Below are positions 9,500 to 19,405 of a stretch of 64,000 bases of DNA, piece by piece (position 1 is the stretch's first letter; each line of letters begins with the position of its first letter). The stretch spans positions 60,457-124,456 of the forward strand of contig CAWFFH010000007.1 in assembly GCA_963815095.1 (NCBI GenBank). Direction: 5' to 3'. Made by a program: the position numbers and the translations under genes. The notes beneath the pieces were generated by a model, which was not told where the DNA came from, made no database searches, and saw only the letters and a list, made by a program, of their open reading frames with translations. The stretch comes from Candidatus Bathyarchaeota archaeon (GTDB lineage: Archaea > Thermoproteota > Bathyarchaeia > Bathyarchaeales > Bathycorpusculaceae).

Positions 9500-11751
9500 T
9501 TGAGGAATTCATCAAAAACATAAAGCATATGCCGTCTTACAAAAAACAAATCGTGCATATAGAAAAACTGCCAGCCCAAGAAGCAAACTTTGGCGAACTG
9601 GAAAAGCCTCTGCCACAAAAATTGCAAACTTGCATGCTGAACCGAAATATCAGTCTCTATTCTCACCAAGCCCAAGCCATTAACATAGCAAGACAAGGTA
9701 AAAACGTAGTTATTGCTACACCAACAGCCTCAGGGAAAACCTTAGCGTTTAACATCCCAGTCATAGAAGCCCTAACAAACGACAAGAAAGCAACAGCACT
9801 ATACCTCTACCCGACAAAAGCCTTATCAAACGATCAACTCAAGGTTCTAAAGGAACTCGAAAAAGACATAGGCATCAAAGCAGATCCGAATGTTTACGAT
9901 GGAGATACGCCTCAACATCAAAGAGCAAGCATACGCGAAAACTCAAGAATCATTCTAACTAATCCATATGGGCTTCACCAGTATCTTCCTTGGCATTACA
10001 AATGGCGAAGCTTCCTCCAAAATCTCAAATTTATTGTAATCGATGAAGCGCACGTTTACCGGGGAATATTTGGATCCAACTTTGCCATGCTTCTAAGACG
10101 GCTTTTGCGAATCTGCAATTTTTACCACGCAAACCCCCAAATCATACTCTCCTCTGCCACAATCGCAAACCCCCAAGAACACGCAAAAAGACTCACCGGC
10201 AAAGACTTTGAAGTAGTCTCAAAGGATGGCTCTCCCAGAGGACAGAAAACCTTTGTTTTCTGGAACCCACCCTTCATAGACGCAGCCAATACAGTGCGTA
10301 GGTCAACCCATCAAGAAACCAAAGACCTCCTAACCCTCAACATTGTAAAAAACTTGCAAACTCTATGTTTTACCACATCCAGACAAATGGCTGAATTAAT
10401 TACGCGATGGACCAAAGAAGAACTCACCCAAAGATCAAAGTCACCCAGTATTGTAACGGCTTATCGAGCAGGGTATTTGCCCCAAGAACGTCGTGAAATA
10501 GAAAACCGACTAAAAAACAAAAACCTAATCGGCGTAGTCTCAACCAACGCATTGGAACTTGGAATAAATATTGGCTCTCTTGATTCCGTCATAATTTCGG
10601 GTTATCCCGGAACCGTCATTTCCGCTTGGCAACAAGCGGGACGAGCAGGCAGAACCAGCTCCGATTCAATAGTAACTTTAGTTGCCTTCCAAAACCCCCT
10701 GGACCAATACTTCATGAAGCATCCCGACGACTTCTTTGGAAGACCCCACGAACAAGCCATAATCGACCTTCACAATCAATACATCTCACTGGGACACATA
10801 ATGTGCGCCTCAAGCGAACTACCCATAACAGACGGAGACAAACAATTCTTCCCCGAACTGCTCCAAGAAAGCATTCAAGCCCTCGAAAAAGAAAACCTGA
10901 TCCGAAAAACACCAAGAGGATGGGTCTACTCAGGAACCGCAAGAACAACCGAAGTTGTTAGTCTAGAAAGCCTCTCTCATCAAACGGTCACAGTGACCTG
11001 CAACGGAAACCTACTAGAAACACTCACATTAAACAAAGCTTACGAAGAAGCCCACGCAGGCGCGGTCTTGCTTCATCAAGGAGAAACCTACATTTCAGAA
11101 GAATTGGACTTAAACCAATTGGTTGCCAAGGTTAGGCAAGAAAACGTCAACTACTATACTGAAGCACTAAAGGACGTGGATGTTGCCATCGAAAAAAACC
11201 TTGAAGAAAAAAACTGCGGAGTAAAAATTGGGCTTGGAGAGTTAAGTATAACTGAAGTATACAATACCTACGTTACTAAAACGTATGATGAAGTTATCAA
11301 GCGAACACCGCTGAGTCTTCCGCCTCTGTCTTTCTCGACGGTTGGCATGTGGTTTATCGTTCCTGACACAATAAGACAAGAAATTGAAGAGCAAGGACTC
11401 GATTTTGCTGGAGGCATTCACGCAGTTGAACATGCAATGATTGGGATGTCTCCCATTTTCGCGATGTGTGATAGATGGGACATTGGAGGATTATCTACTC
11501 CTCTTCATCGGGATACGGGGGAGGCAACAATTTTCATATACGACGGCTTTGAAGGCGGCATCGGTATCTCAGAAACCCTTTATGCAAACATAAAACCCCT
11601 CTGGGAAAAAACCCTCGAATTAATTGACAACTGTGAATGCCAAGACGGCTGTCCCTCATGCATTTATTCGCCAAAATGTGGAAACGAAAACAAGCCCTTA
11701 GACAAAAAAGCCGCCAAGATTATTTTGAGAAGTCTTTGCAAATCGATATAA
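9487..11751 (+). CDS. DEAD/DEAH helicase with DUF1998 (MrfA/YprA/Hrq1 family)
   Basis: TPTASGKT, DEAH, SAT, ALELGINIG and QQAGRAGR motifs; C-terminal CxCxxGCPSC. Confidence 0.92.
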   Translation: MEPMIEEFIKNIKHMPSYKKQIVHIEKLPAQEANFGELEKPLPQKLQTCMLNRNISLYSHQAQAINIARQGKNVVIATPTASGKTLAFNIPVIEALTNDKKATALYLYPTKALSNDQLKVLKELEKDIGIKADPNVYDGDTPQHQRASIRENSRIILTNPYGLHQYLPWHYKWRSFLQNLKFIVIDEAHVYRGIFGSNFAMLLRRLLRICNFYHANPQIILSSATIANPQEHAKRLTGKDFEVVSKDGSPRGQKTFVFWNPPFIDAANTVRRSTHQETKDLLTLNIVKNLQTLCFTTSRQMAELITRWTKEELTQRSKSPSIVTAYRAGYLPQERREIENRLKNKNLIGVVSTNALELGINIGSLDSVIISGYPGTVISAWQQAGRAGRTSSDSIVTLVAFQNPLDQYFMKHPDDFFGRPHEQAIIDLHNQYISLGHIMCASSELPITDGDKQFFPELLQESIQALEKENLIRKTPRGWVYSGTARTTEVVSLESLSHQTVTVTCNGNLLETLTLNKAYEEAHAGAVLLHQGETYISEELDLNQLVAKVRQENVNYYTEALKDVDVAIEKNLEEKNCGVKIGLGELSITEVYNTYVTKTYDEVIKRTPLSLPPLSFSTVGMWFIVPDTIRQEIEEQGLDFAGGIHAVEHAMIGMSPIFAMCDRWDIGGLSTPLHRDTGEATIFIYDGFEGGIGISETLYANIKPLWEKTLELIDNCECQDGCPSCIYSPKCGNENKPLDKKAAKIILRSLCKSI

Positions 11752-11817
11752 ACCTCGCTTGCTCGTATTATTTCAGAAAGCAATATTCTCTTAGAAATAA
11801 ATGTAGTCAAACCTTAT

Positions 11818-12438
11818 TTGTTCGGTAGTCTTACTTTCACAATTATGATTCTGCAAGAATCTTTCTATCAAAGGGATACAATTACCGTTGCGAAAGAGCT
11901 TTTGGGAAAAATTTTAGTTCATGAAACCAAAGAAGGCATCACGTCTGGCAGAATAGTTGAGACAGAAGCCTATCACGGACCTGAAGATCAAGCAGCCCAC
12001 AGTTATGGTGGTCGAAAAACAGCTAGAAATGAAGTTATGTTTGGTCAAAAAGGTCGCGCCTATGTTTATTTTATTTATGGATTATATTACTGTATTAACG
12101 TAATTACTGGCAATTTGCCGGGAAAACCGGAGGCGGTTCTTATTAGAGCTCTCGAACCGATAGCAGGCGAAGAAATTATGGAAAAACGCCGCGGTAAACA
12201 AATAAAATTTGTTAACCTGACAAATGGCCCAAGCAAATTATGCATGGCAATGAATATATCAAAAGCTCAAAACAAAACAAACCTAACAGCTCGGCCACTG
12301 TACATTAAAGATGCACCACAAGTTCCGAGAGATGATATAATGGAAACTACTCGTGTGGGCGTAGATTATTCAGGTGAATGGAAAAACAAGCCTTGGCGAT
12401 TCTACATTAGAAACAACAAATTTGTTTCGGTAAAATGA
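11818..12438 (+). CDS. mpg: DNA-3-methyladenine glycosylase (AAG/MPG family)
   Basis: IVETEAY, AYVYFIYG, AVLIRALEP, NGPSKLC, RVGV and PWRF motifs. Confidence 0.92.
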   Translation: MFGSLTFTIMILQESFYQRDTITVAKELLGKILVHETKEGITSGRIVETEAYHGPEDQAAHSYGGRKTARNEVMFGQKGRAYVYFIYGLYYCINVITGNLPGKPEAVLIRALEPIAGEEIMEKRRGKQIKFVNLTNGPSKLCMAMNISKAQNKTNLTARPLYIKDAPQVPRDDIMETTRVGVDYSGEWKNKPWRFYIRNNKFVSVK

Positions 12439-12527
12439 GGTTTCGCAATTCAAACTAAATCGCACTAAATATCCGTTTGCCGTTTGATCCTTAAGGTGTT
12501 TTAACGACTCCTCCTAAAAGTCCGTTG

Positions 12528-13757
12528 TTATATTATGAAGGGTAACAAAGTAACTAACAAGACAAGAATAACACAAGCAACGGTTGTCCCAATAGTTATT
12601 GAATGGATAGCTTTTTCATTTATTCTCTTACCGAGGGCCCTTTTCAAAGTGATGTCAAAGATTCTGCCTCCGTCCAAGGGATATATTGGTAACGCATTGA
12701 AGATTGCAAGGTTGAAGTTGACAAACCAGATCCAAAAAAGCGTGTTGGCAACGATTTGCCACTGCGGAACCGAGCTTGAATAGAAGGTCCCCAAAAAATC
12801 AGAGAATGGCACAACCCCGGAAGCTAAGGTCGGTGGAACAATGTATATGGCAAGCTGCTCTATCGAGAAGGTTTTGTAGTTTTCTAATCTTTGCTGGGTA
12901 AAAAGGTCAAAGCTGGTTATTCCCATTATGGTCCGGTTCCCATCTGAAGTTAGATTGACTGTTGTAGAGTATCTGTCCAGCCAATGTTCACCCCTGGCCA
13001 CTGATACTTGAATTAGATCTCCCGCCGTCTTATTGTCAAGGATGGCTCTTAGCTGTGTGGTGTTGCTGATTGTTATGTTGTCGATGGAGACAAAGACATC
13101 TTTTGGCATAAGCCCTGCAGCCTGAGCCGGCAAGCCACTTGAAACATCATTAACATAAACCCCGTCGATGACTGGAGACAAGCTCCCAACCAAAAGCAAA
13201 ACACCCAAAAGGCAAACAGCAGCTAAAATGATGTTTGCGCCAACTCCACCAGCCATAACTTTTAGAGCAGGGCGAGGTTTCGCCTTCTTTATTTGCTCCT
13301 CATCCACATCCACAAAAGCGCCGATGGGAATAAACAAAAAAAACAATAAACCACTTGACTTAACATTAAACCCTACGTTTCTGGCTATAACCCCATGTGC
13401 ACCTTCATGAATCGCGATTGCGATTACTATCGCAATCCACCCATAAACTATGGGAAGCAAAGGGTTGATTCCAGGCAGCAACAGAACTGATCCTGGTCCC
13501 AACTGCCGAACTGCTTGACCCACACCTGGATTAGAGAGTACACCAAAGAGGCTGTTGACCAAAAGGTAGAGCGCGAATCCAGCAACCAATGGTACAAGTA
13601 TCAAGCTTACCCACGAAAAATATCGTGAGGCACGCAAAACCCCCATCCTGTTAAAGATGGCTTCAAACCGTTTTGTTCTAATAATTAGAATTGGAAAATT
13701 AAATTCAATTCTTTTCTGCTTAGCATTTTGCTCTTCGCTTTCGTTACTAGATGCCAA
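12528..13757 (-). CDS. site-2 protease (peptidase M50) with PDZ domain
   Basis: HEGAHG and NALPIYPLDGG motifs, a PDZ segment (PAQAAGL...D), and multiple TM helices. Confidence 0.92.
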   Translation of the reverse strand: MASSNESEEQNAKQKRIEFNFPILIIRTKRFEAIFNRMGVLRASRYFSWVSLILVPLVAGFALYLLVNSLFGVLSNPGVGQAVRQLGPGSVLLLPGINPLLPIVYGWIAIVIAIAIHEGAHGVIARNVGFNVKSSGLLFFLFIPIGAFVDVDEEQIKKAKPRPALKVMAGGVGANIILAAVCLLGVLLLVGSLSPVIDGVYVNDVSSGLPAQAAGLMPKDVFVSIDNITISNTTQLRAILDNKTAGDLIQVSVARGEHWLDRYSTTVNLTSDGNRTIMGITSFDLFTQQRLENYKTFSIEQLAIYIVPPTLASGVVPFSDFLGTFYSSSVPQWQIVANTLFWIWFVNFNLAIFNALPIYPLDGGRIFDITLKRALGKRINEKAIHSITIGTTVACVILVLLVTLLPFII

Positions 13758-14035
13758 ATCAACAATCGCTCGACTACTCTAAACCTTATTACTAAAAAAT
13801 AAACTTTTATCGCCAAAATAAAAAAACACTAAAAGATGTTGGATAACTGGTAAAAAAAGGCGGTCAACCGTTCAAGTGCATAACATTATCGACTTAGATA
13901 AATATGCCAAGATTTTGCAAAGGGCAAATCATGCAAAAAAAGATCAATTCGGATAGAACTTAACCGTTTATTACCTTAAACGTTAAATCTGCATAACGAT
14001 AACTTGCTTGATACCAAATGTTATGAGGTAATATT

Positions 14036-14599
14036 TTGACAAAGATCGAGTATGTTTGTAGAAAATGTGGAAAAGTGGTAACCTCTGAACAGTTTAAGTT
14101 AAGCTGTTTCTGCCCTGATGTTAACTGCAAAACATCACTTTATCCAAAACCTCAACCCAAGCATTGGCTTTTCCAATTTAATCCCTACACCTACAAATGG
14201 ATAGATAGAATAAAAGAAACGCAAGAACCAGAACAGTGGCTGTTAAGCCAATATGCCAAACTAATCCAGAAAGGAGACTTAATTGCAATTTGGGGTTCAA
14301 ACCACAACGGAGGCATCTATGCCTTGGGCAATATAATCACTAATCCCGCCACGAAACCCCTAAACCCCAACCAAATAAAGTATTTTTCAGACTTAGCCTA
14401 TGTGGCAAAGTTTTTGGAAAAACGTAGCGTTATGGTTGAGTACTTTAAATTCTCGGGAGAGAGACCGCTTCTTGAGCAAGGTGTATGCAGTGAAGATAAA
14501 ATGTTGAGTGATTTACAGGTTTTTATGAATCCCCAAGGAACAAACTTTCGACTAAGTTCCGAGCAATGGGACAGAATCTTTGGCTTACAAAAAAAGTGA
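14036..14599 (+). CDS. zinc ribbon + EVE-domain protein
   Basis: N-terminal CRKC...CPDVNC; EVE-like pattern WLFQFNP...W...KGDLIAIW...GIYALG...QGTNF. Confidence 0.75.
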   Translation: MTKIEYVCRKCGKVVTSEQFKLSCFCPDVNCKTSLYPKPQPKHWLFQFNPYTYKWIDRIKETQEPEQWLLSQYAKLIQKGDLIAIWGSNHNGGIYALGNIITNPATKPLNPNQIKYFSDLAYVAKFLEKRSVMVEYFKFSGERPLLEQGVCSEDKMLSDLQVFMNPQGTNFRLSSEQWDRIFGLQKK

Positions 14600-14889
14600 A
14601 GTTAGAATAATAATACTCGATACCAAATAGTAAACAACGATTTTTCCGAGCATTCCTTTAAGAGCAATCGCCATACTGATCTTGAGCTAAATAACTAATA
14701 TAACAAGAGTCCATAACCACAAAGAAAGGTTGAATTTGGGTAAACCCCTAAATACATTTCATAAAAATATGAACTATAGACAAAACCATGCGATTTACTT
14801 TTAGACATGACTGGCAGAAACCAGTGTTTCATTGCCCTAGCTAAAGCCGATGTCATGAATGAACTTGCCGGAAAAATCCTTCAAAGTAC

Positions 14890-15438
14890 TTGAAACCTCG
14901 GCGGAAGAAAAACTCAAGAATAGCAAGTAGAGGAAACGAAATGTTCAGAGACCCTCAAGAAATGCGCAGAAGACTCCAAGAGATAATAGAGAAGTTCCGC
15001 CAAAAAGACGCAACCAGCCCAGAAAAAGCCCTCACCGTTGAACAATTGGAGTTACCGCCTCGTTTCGAACAAGCCATGAATCGAAGACTTGGTCAAACAG
15101 GCATATTTGTTGAAGCTAACGGCAAATACTACCTCAACGAAGATAGACTGAGGCAAATCCAGCAAGAACGCGCCAACTCAAGAGGCGGCGACGGAGGAAT
15201 TGGAGATCGGCCCTCATCTTGGTTACGGTACGCAGGGATTCTTCTTATGCTTCCGTTTGGAATCATAGTTGTGGTTTTGCTTTACATCTCTCTGAGTTTA
15301 ACTGGTGCAAAATATTATCCGGGAGAATTCTTGATTGTCATTTTGATTGTTATGCTAGCCGTGTTTGTGGCTCGTATGCTGCTTTGGAGATCAAGAAGAA
15401 GATATTATCAAAACTGGCGAAACGAATCCCCATTTTAA
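14890..15438 (+). CDS. hypothetical membrane protein (2 C-terminal TM; likely start ATG 14941)
   Basis: Soluble N-terminal domain followed by two hydrophobic helices. Confidence 0.65.
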   Translation: MKPRRKKNSRIASRGNEMFRDPQEMRRRLQEIIEKFRQKDATSPEKALTVEQLELPPRFEQAMNRRLGQTGIFVEANGKYYLNEDRLRQIQQERANSRGGDGGIGDRPSSWLRYAGILLMLPFGIIVVVLLYISLSLTGAKYYPGEFLIVILIVMLAVFVARMLLWRSRRRYYQNWRNESPF

Positions 15439-15686
15439 AAGTGATATTGCTGCAACTCATTCCGCACAACGGTTAAAACAACAAACAAATAAAAAAATAT
15501 GCCCAAAAATTGTCAGTGATGTAAAATAAGGCATAATGCACATGAATTTTAAGGTTTTAATTAATCATGTATAATAACCACGCTGTTTTATTAATATAAT
15601 TGCGCGGATCGCATTATAGTTTTTAAGCCTTAAATCGGGTTTTTATGATTTAGTGACTTTCTGAGCAAGGAAAAGTAATACGAAAA

Positions 15687-16652
15687 ATGACAGTAACTCA
15701 AGTTAAAGTAAATGAAGAAGGTCCAAAAGTACGTCAGCGCTTTGCTGAAAAGTGCCCTGAATGTGAGAGCAAAAACCTCGTTCACGACTATGATTCAGGG
15801 GAAACTATTTGCGGTGATTGTGGTCTTGTTCTCTATGAGCAGATGTTGGATAAGGGTCCCGAATGGCGCGCTTTTACGATGGAAGAAAAAGCCTCAAGAA
15901 GCCGCGTTGGAATGCCCACATCATATTCAATTCATGACAAAGGATTATCAACAACTATAAGCCAAGTGGACCGTGATGCGTTTGGAAGAAAACTGCCTCT
16001 ATCTACTAGGTTGCAGATGTGGCGCCTTCGTAAATGGCAAATACGCAGCCGCGTCCACTCATCCGTCGACCGCAACCTCGCACAAGCTATGAGTGAACTT
16101 GAACGGTTGTCAAGCAAAGTCTCCATCGCACCACCAATAAGAGAAAAAGCAGCTGTCGTCTACAGAAAAGCACTCGACAAAGGCTTAGTCCGAGGCAGAT
16201 CAATCAACGCAATCGCTGCAGCGGCACTTTACGCAGCTTGCCGCCAAAGTGGAAGTCCCAGAACCCTTCGCGAAATAGCCGAGGCAAGTCTTGTTGATAA
16301 GAAAGATGTCGCACGTTGCTATAGGCTGCTGTTGCAAGAACTCAACATACATATGCCAATTGCCGATTCATTAACGTACGTTTCAAAGATTGCAGAGAAG
16401 AATGGTGTGTCAGGTAAAACTCAGGGCGCAGCTATTGCTATTCTTGGTGAAGCTAGGCGAAAACGTTTTGCAGCTGGAAAAGACCCAACGGGATTGGCTG
16501 CTGCTGCACTCTACATAGCTTGCCTACAAAATAACGAAAAAATAACGCAAAAAGACATTGCGGAAGCAGCTGGAGTCACAGAAGTCACAGTTAGAAACAG
16601 ATACAAATCACTTAAGAGGCAATTAAACATCGAAATACCTGAAAGAGCTTAA
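15687..16652 (+). CDS. tfb: transcription initiation factor IIB
   Basis: CPEC...CGDCG ribbon, GPEWRAF, two cyclin repeats, and VTEVTVRNRY. Confidence 0.97.
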   Translation: MTVTQVKVNEEGPKVRQRFAEKCPECESKNLVHDYDSGETICGDCGLVLYEQMLDKGPEWRAFTMEEKASRSRVGMPTSYSIHDKGLSTTISQVDRDAFGRKLPLSTRLQMWRLRKWQIRSRVHSSVDRNLAQAMSELERLSSKVSIAPPIREKAAVVYRKALDKGLVRGRSINAIAAAALYAACRQSGSPRTLREIAEASLVDKKDVARCYRLLLQELNIHMPIADSLTYVSKIAEKNGVSGKTQGAAIAILGEARRKRFAAGKDPTGLAAAALYIACLQNNEKITQKDIAEAAGVTEVTVRNRYKSLKRQLNIEIPERA

Positions 16653-16734
16653 TTTTCTTTATCTTTTTCAACTAGCAAACGAATAGATCAAATTCAAATT
16701 ATTCATACATCCAATTGCAGAAGATCCTTCGATT

Positions 16735-17667
16735 TTACTCCACAAATTGTTCTAGATATTGGATGATTAACTCGTAAGCACCTATACCATTTGGACCATA
16801 TCTGTCATTATTGCGGTCACTTCTGATTATCGCTTCACCATCCAATTCTCCGACAGGCTCGTTGTATTTGATTCTATAAACACAACGGATAACATTGTCG
16901 TCGCAAGCTTGAAACGTCAGTAAGGGATATTTTATCCCGGGCAAATGCAAATCGTATTTTTCATCTGCTTTGGTCTCAATGATGAAATCTTTGGTCTCTT
17001 CTAGTCTTAGAAGACTCTGTAGCAATGATCCCTTATATAGCGGAAAACAAGATCGTTCCCTCAGGTCAGTGTTCTTTCTTACTTCTTCAATTTTCGAAGT
17101 CAACGTGTCTTTATCCCAAAGCTCGACACCCAACTTCCGTGCATCAACTAGGGCTTGTTGAGAAAAATATGAGGAAGTTATAACAATTGATCTTGAGCAT
17201 CCGAAGATACGCCCCGCTTCTTCAGTTTTTAAAACGATTACATTCGAAACTTTGCTTTCCTTTGGGCATCTTCTGGCCAAAATTACAATTTTCTGGTCAT
17301 CCTTCGAGGCTACAACCTCAATCCCTAAATCAGCTTCATATTTCCCAGGATGAACTTCATAACCCAATTCTTCAAGTAGCCATTTAGTAAAAAGTTCGAA
17401 CTCCTTCTCCGAAAGTCTTTCAACTGAATAAACACCTGTTTTCGAGGAAATCTTTGGGTTATTCGATTTTTCCAAGTTTTCTACTTCATAATCTGTTTCT
17501 ATTTTGCTCAAAACCTTCAAGCAATATTCTTTCTCAATTCTTGCAGCTAATTCCTCTGCTTTAAACGTGGGCAGCTGAAGTTTCTCTTGTAAAAAATCTA
17601 CTACATCGATGTTTGGGTACCGCTCAATGATCTCATTTAAGACACCGTTAAACCTCAAATAACTCAT
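16735..17667 (-). CDS. Mrr-like restriction-endonuclease-domain protein (catalytic motif degenerate)
   Basis: LSEKEFE...LGY...DLGIEVVA...VITSSYFS...A...VELWD matches the Mrr_cat pattern; QxK is replaced by LAR. Confidence 0.75.
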   Translation of the reverse strand: MSYLRFNGVLNEIIERYPNIDVVDFLQEKLQLPTFKAEELAARIEKEYCLKVLSKIETDYEVENLEKSNNPKISSKTGVYSVERLSEKEFELFTKWLLEELGYEVHPGKYEADLGIEVVASKDDQKIVILARRCPKESKVSNVIVLKTEEAGRIFGCSRSIVITSSYFSQQALVDARKLGVELWDKDTLTSKIEEVRKNTDLRERSCFPLYKGSLLQSLLRLEETKDFIIETKADEKYDLHLPGIKYPLLTFQACDDNVIRCVYRIKYNEPVGELDGEAIIRSDRNNDRYGPNGIGAYELIIQYLEQFVE

Positions 17668-17668
17668 C

Positions 17669-19405
17669 TTAACGCTCCCTTAACTTGTCTAAGAACGAAA
17701 TGGATTTTTGATAAACAACGTTATCGTTCTCAATAATGTATAACGCGTTTGAAAATAGGCTTTTTGCTACTATAATTGCGTTTAGAGCATTTTTTCCTAC
17801 TAACCACTTTGTTGTTTTTTGTTGAGAACTATCAAAATTTTGAACAATAAGGGTAAGTGCTGGGTCATTTGTTTCCTTTAGGTTATTACAAGCTTGACAC
17901 CTATCGTCAATTAGTGCTTTGGTGGAGTATTCCTGCTGGCACAAAGAACATTTTGTAAAGGTCATACATTTGATGCACCATATTTTTCCAGTTGCTTTGC
18001 AAAGCTTACTCTCAGAAAGTGCAATAGTTGTTTGACAGGTTTCACATTTAACCATGTGGGTAGGGCATAATTGTCGTTTGAATTCTTCTGTGTAGGCAAG
18101 GTTAAGTTTTGAAAACACTTTTCCACATTGATCGCAAAGTCCATAATGCTGGATGCATACGCTTGAATTATCATGACTACATTTGAACTCCAGCAACCGA
18201 CTGTGCCTCTTTCCACAAACCGAGCAGACAAATCCCGAATCATGTTCAAAGTACTCTTTCAACGTTTCATCCAACGTTAAAGCTGCTTTTTTCGAATAAA
18301 ATTTCCCAGTATCTACGGATTGTCTAACGCAGCCCTTGCAGACATAGAGCGCATCTTGCGTCGCGTACCCCTCAAAGAAAGTTTTTCGGCATATGGGGCA
18401 AGTAACTTCCGAAGCATGGTTGACGCCTAAGATAAGAGAGGAATGTATGGTTGAATTATTATCAAGGTTTACTTCGAATCTGATCTTAGCTGTGTTGATT
18501 ACAAGTAGATTGATGAATTTTATGGATACGTTGGTTATGTATGATTCTTCTTCTCTTTTTAGGAGTTTTTCATAGTTGGCTTGCCATTGGAGTACGTCAA
18601 AATCATGTTTTCTTGATATTACTTTTTCTCGGCGTTCCCTTCTAAGTCTCTTGTCAAAGCTTCTTAGTTTAGACTTTTTCTCCTTGCTAAGCGATAAATC
18701 AAAAAGAATCAACTTTTCCCTAACAATATCCTCTACCTTTTCCTCTGCAACCTCATTTAACTTATCAAAAACCATGGCTTCGAGTTTCGTTTTAAAATCT
18801 TGAATCTCTATCTCTTCATCGTTCAAAACATTATCTTCACTAAAATCCCCTTCGCTAACAACATTGCCTTTCTCGTCTATCATTAATATGATTGTTTCTT
18901 CGTTTTTTGGTCTTAGTTTATTTTGGAATGTTGCAGAAAAATAAAATTGAAAATATCTAACTGGTTCTTTCTTTATTATTTTTGCGGAAACAATTTTTCC
19001 ATTAATTATTTGATGGCGACATGGCGGGGTTTTCGTGCAAGAGGTGATTACTTCATCTCCTAAAGTTACCCTGTCACATTCTTCACAGGAAAAGGGCGAA
19101 TCTTTAAAGTATTTATTCACTAATGTTTCAATTTTTTCTTTGGAGTTTAGTAAAACCTGGGATAGAACACCATTTTCTAAACATTCTTTTAGTATTTGCT
19201 GGAACGCTGGGCTCCCTGGTGTTAGCAAAGGTATTTTTTTCTCTCGTGACAATGCTGGTTGATAGGTGTATTCTTTGGGGTTTGTTTGATTTGGATAGGT
19301 TACTGTAAAGACATCATCAGTTTGTTCAATTATCTTGCCTTCTTTGGATTTGACATATGCCTTTATGAAACGGTCAATTTTTGTTTCAGAGTACTTTACG
19401 CTCAA
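17669..19405 (-). CDS. multi-zinc-finger protein, partner of the SNF2 ATPase (possibly YqhG-like N-terminal half)
   Basis: Many CxxC/CxxH pairs in the C-terminal third and a central coiled coil; overlaps the SNF2 gene by 4 nt. Confidence 0.7.
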   Translation of the reverse strand: MSVKYSETKIDRFIKAYVKSKEGKIIEQTDDVFTVTYPNQTNPKEYTYQPALSREKKIPLLTPGSPAFQQILKECLENGVLSQVLLNSKEKIETLVNKYFKDSPFSCEECDRVTLGDEVITSCTKTPPCRHQIINGKIVSAKIIKKEPVRYFQFYFSATFQNKLRPKNEETIILMIDEKGNVVSEGDFSEDNVLNDEEIEIQDFKTKLEAMVFDKLNEVAEEKVEDIVREKLILFDLSLSKEKKSKLRSFDKRLRRERREKVISRKHDFDVLQWQANYEKLLKREEESYITNVSIKFINLLVINTAKIRFEVNLDNNSTIHSSLILGVNHASEVTCPICRKTFFEGYATQDALYVCKGCVRQSVDTGKFYSKKAALTLDETLKEYFEHDSGFVCSVCGKRHSRLLEFKCSHDNSSVCIQHYGLCDQCGKVFSKLNLAYTEEFKRQLCPTHMVKCETCQTTIALSESKLCKATGKIWCIKCMTFTKCSLCQQEYSTKALIDDRCQACNNLKETNDPALTLIVQNFDSSQQKTTKWLVGKNALNAIIVAKSLFSNALYIIENDNVVYQKSISFLDKLRER

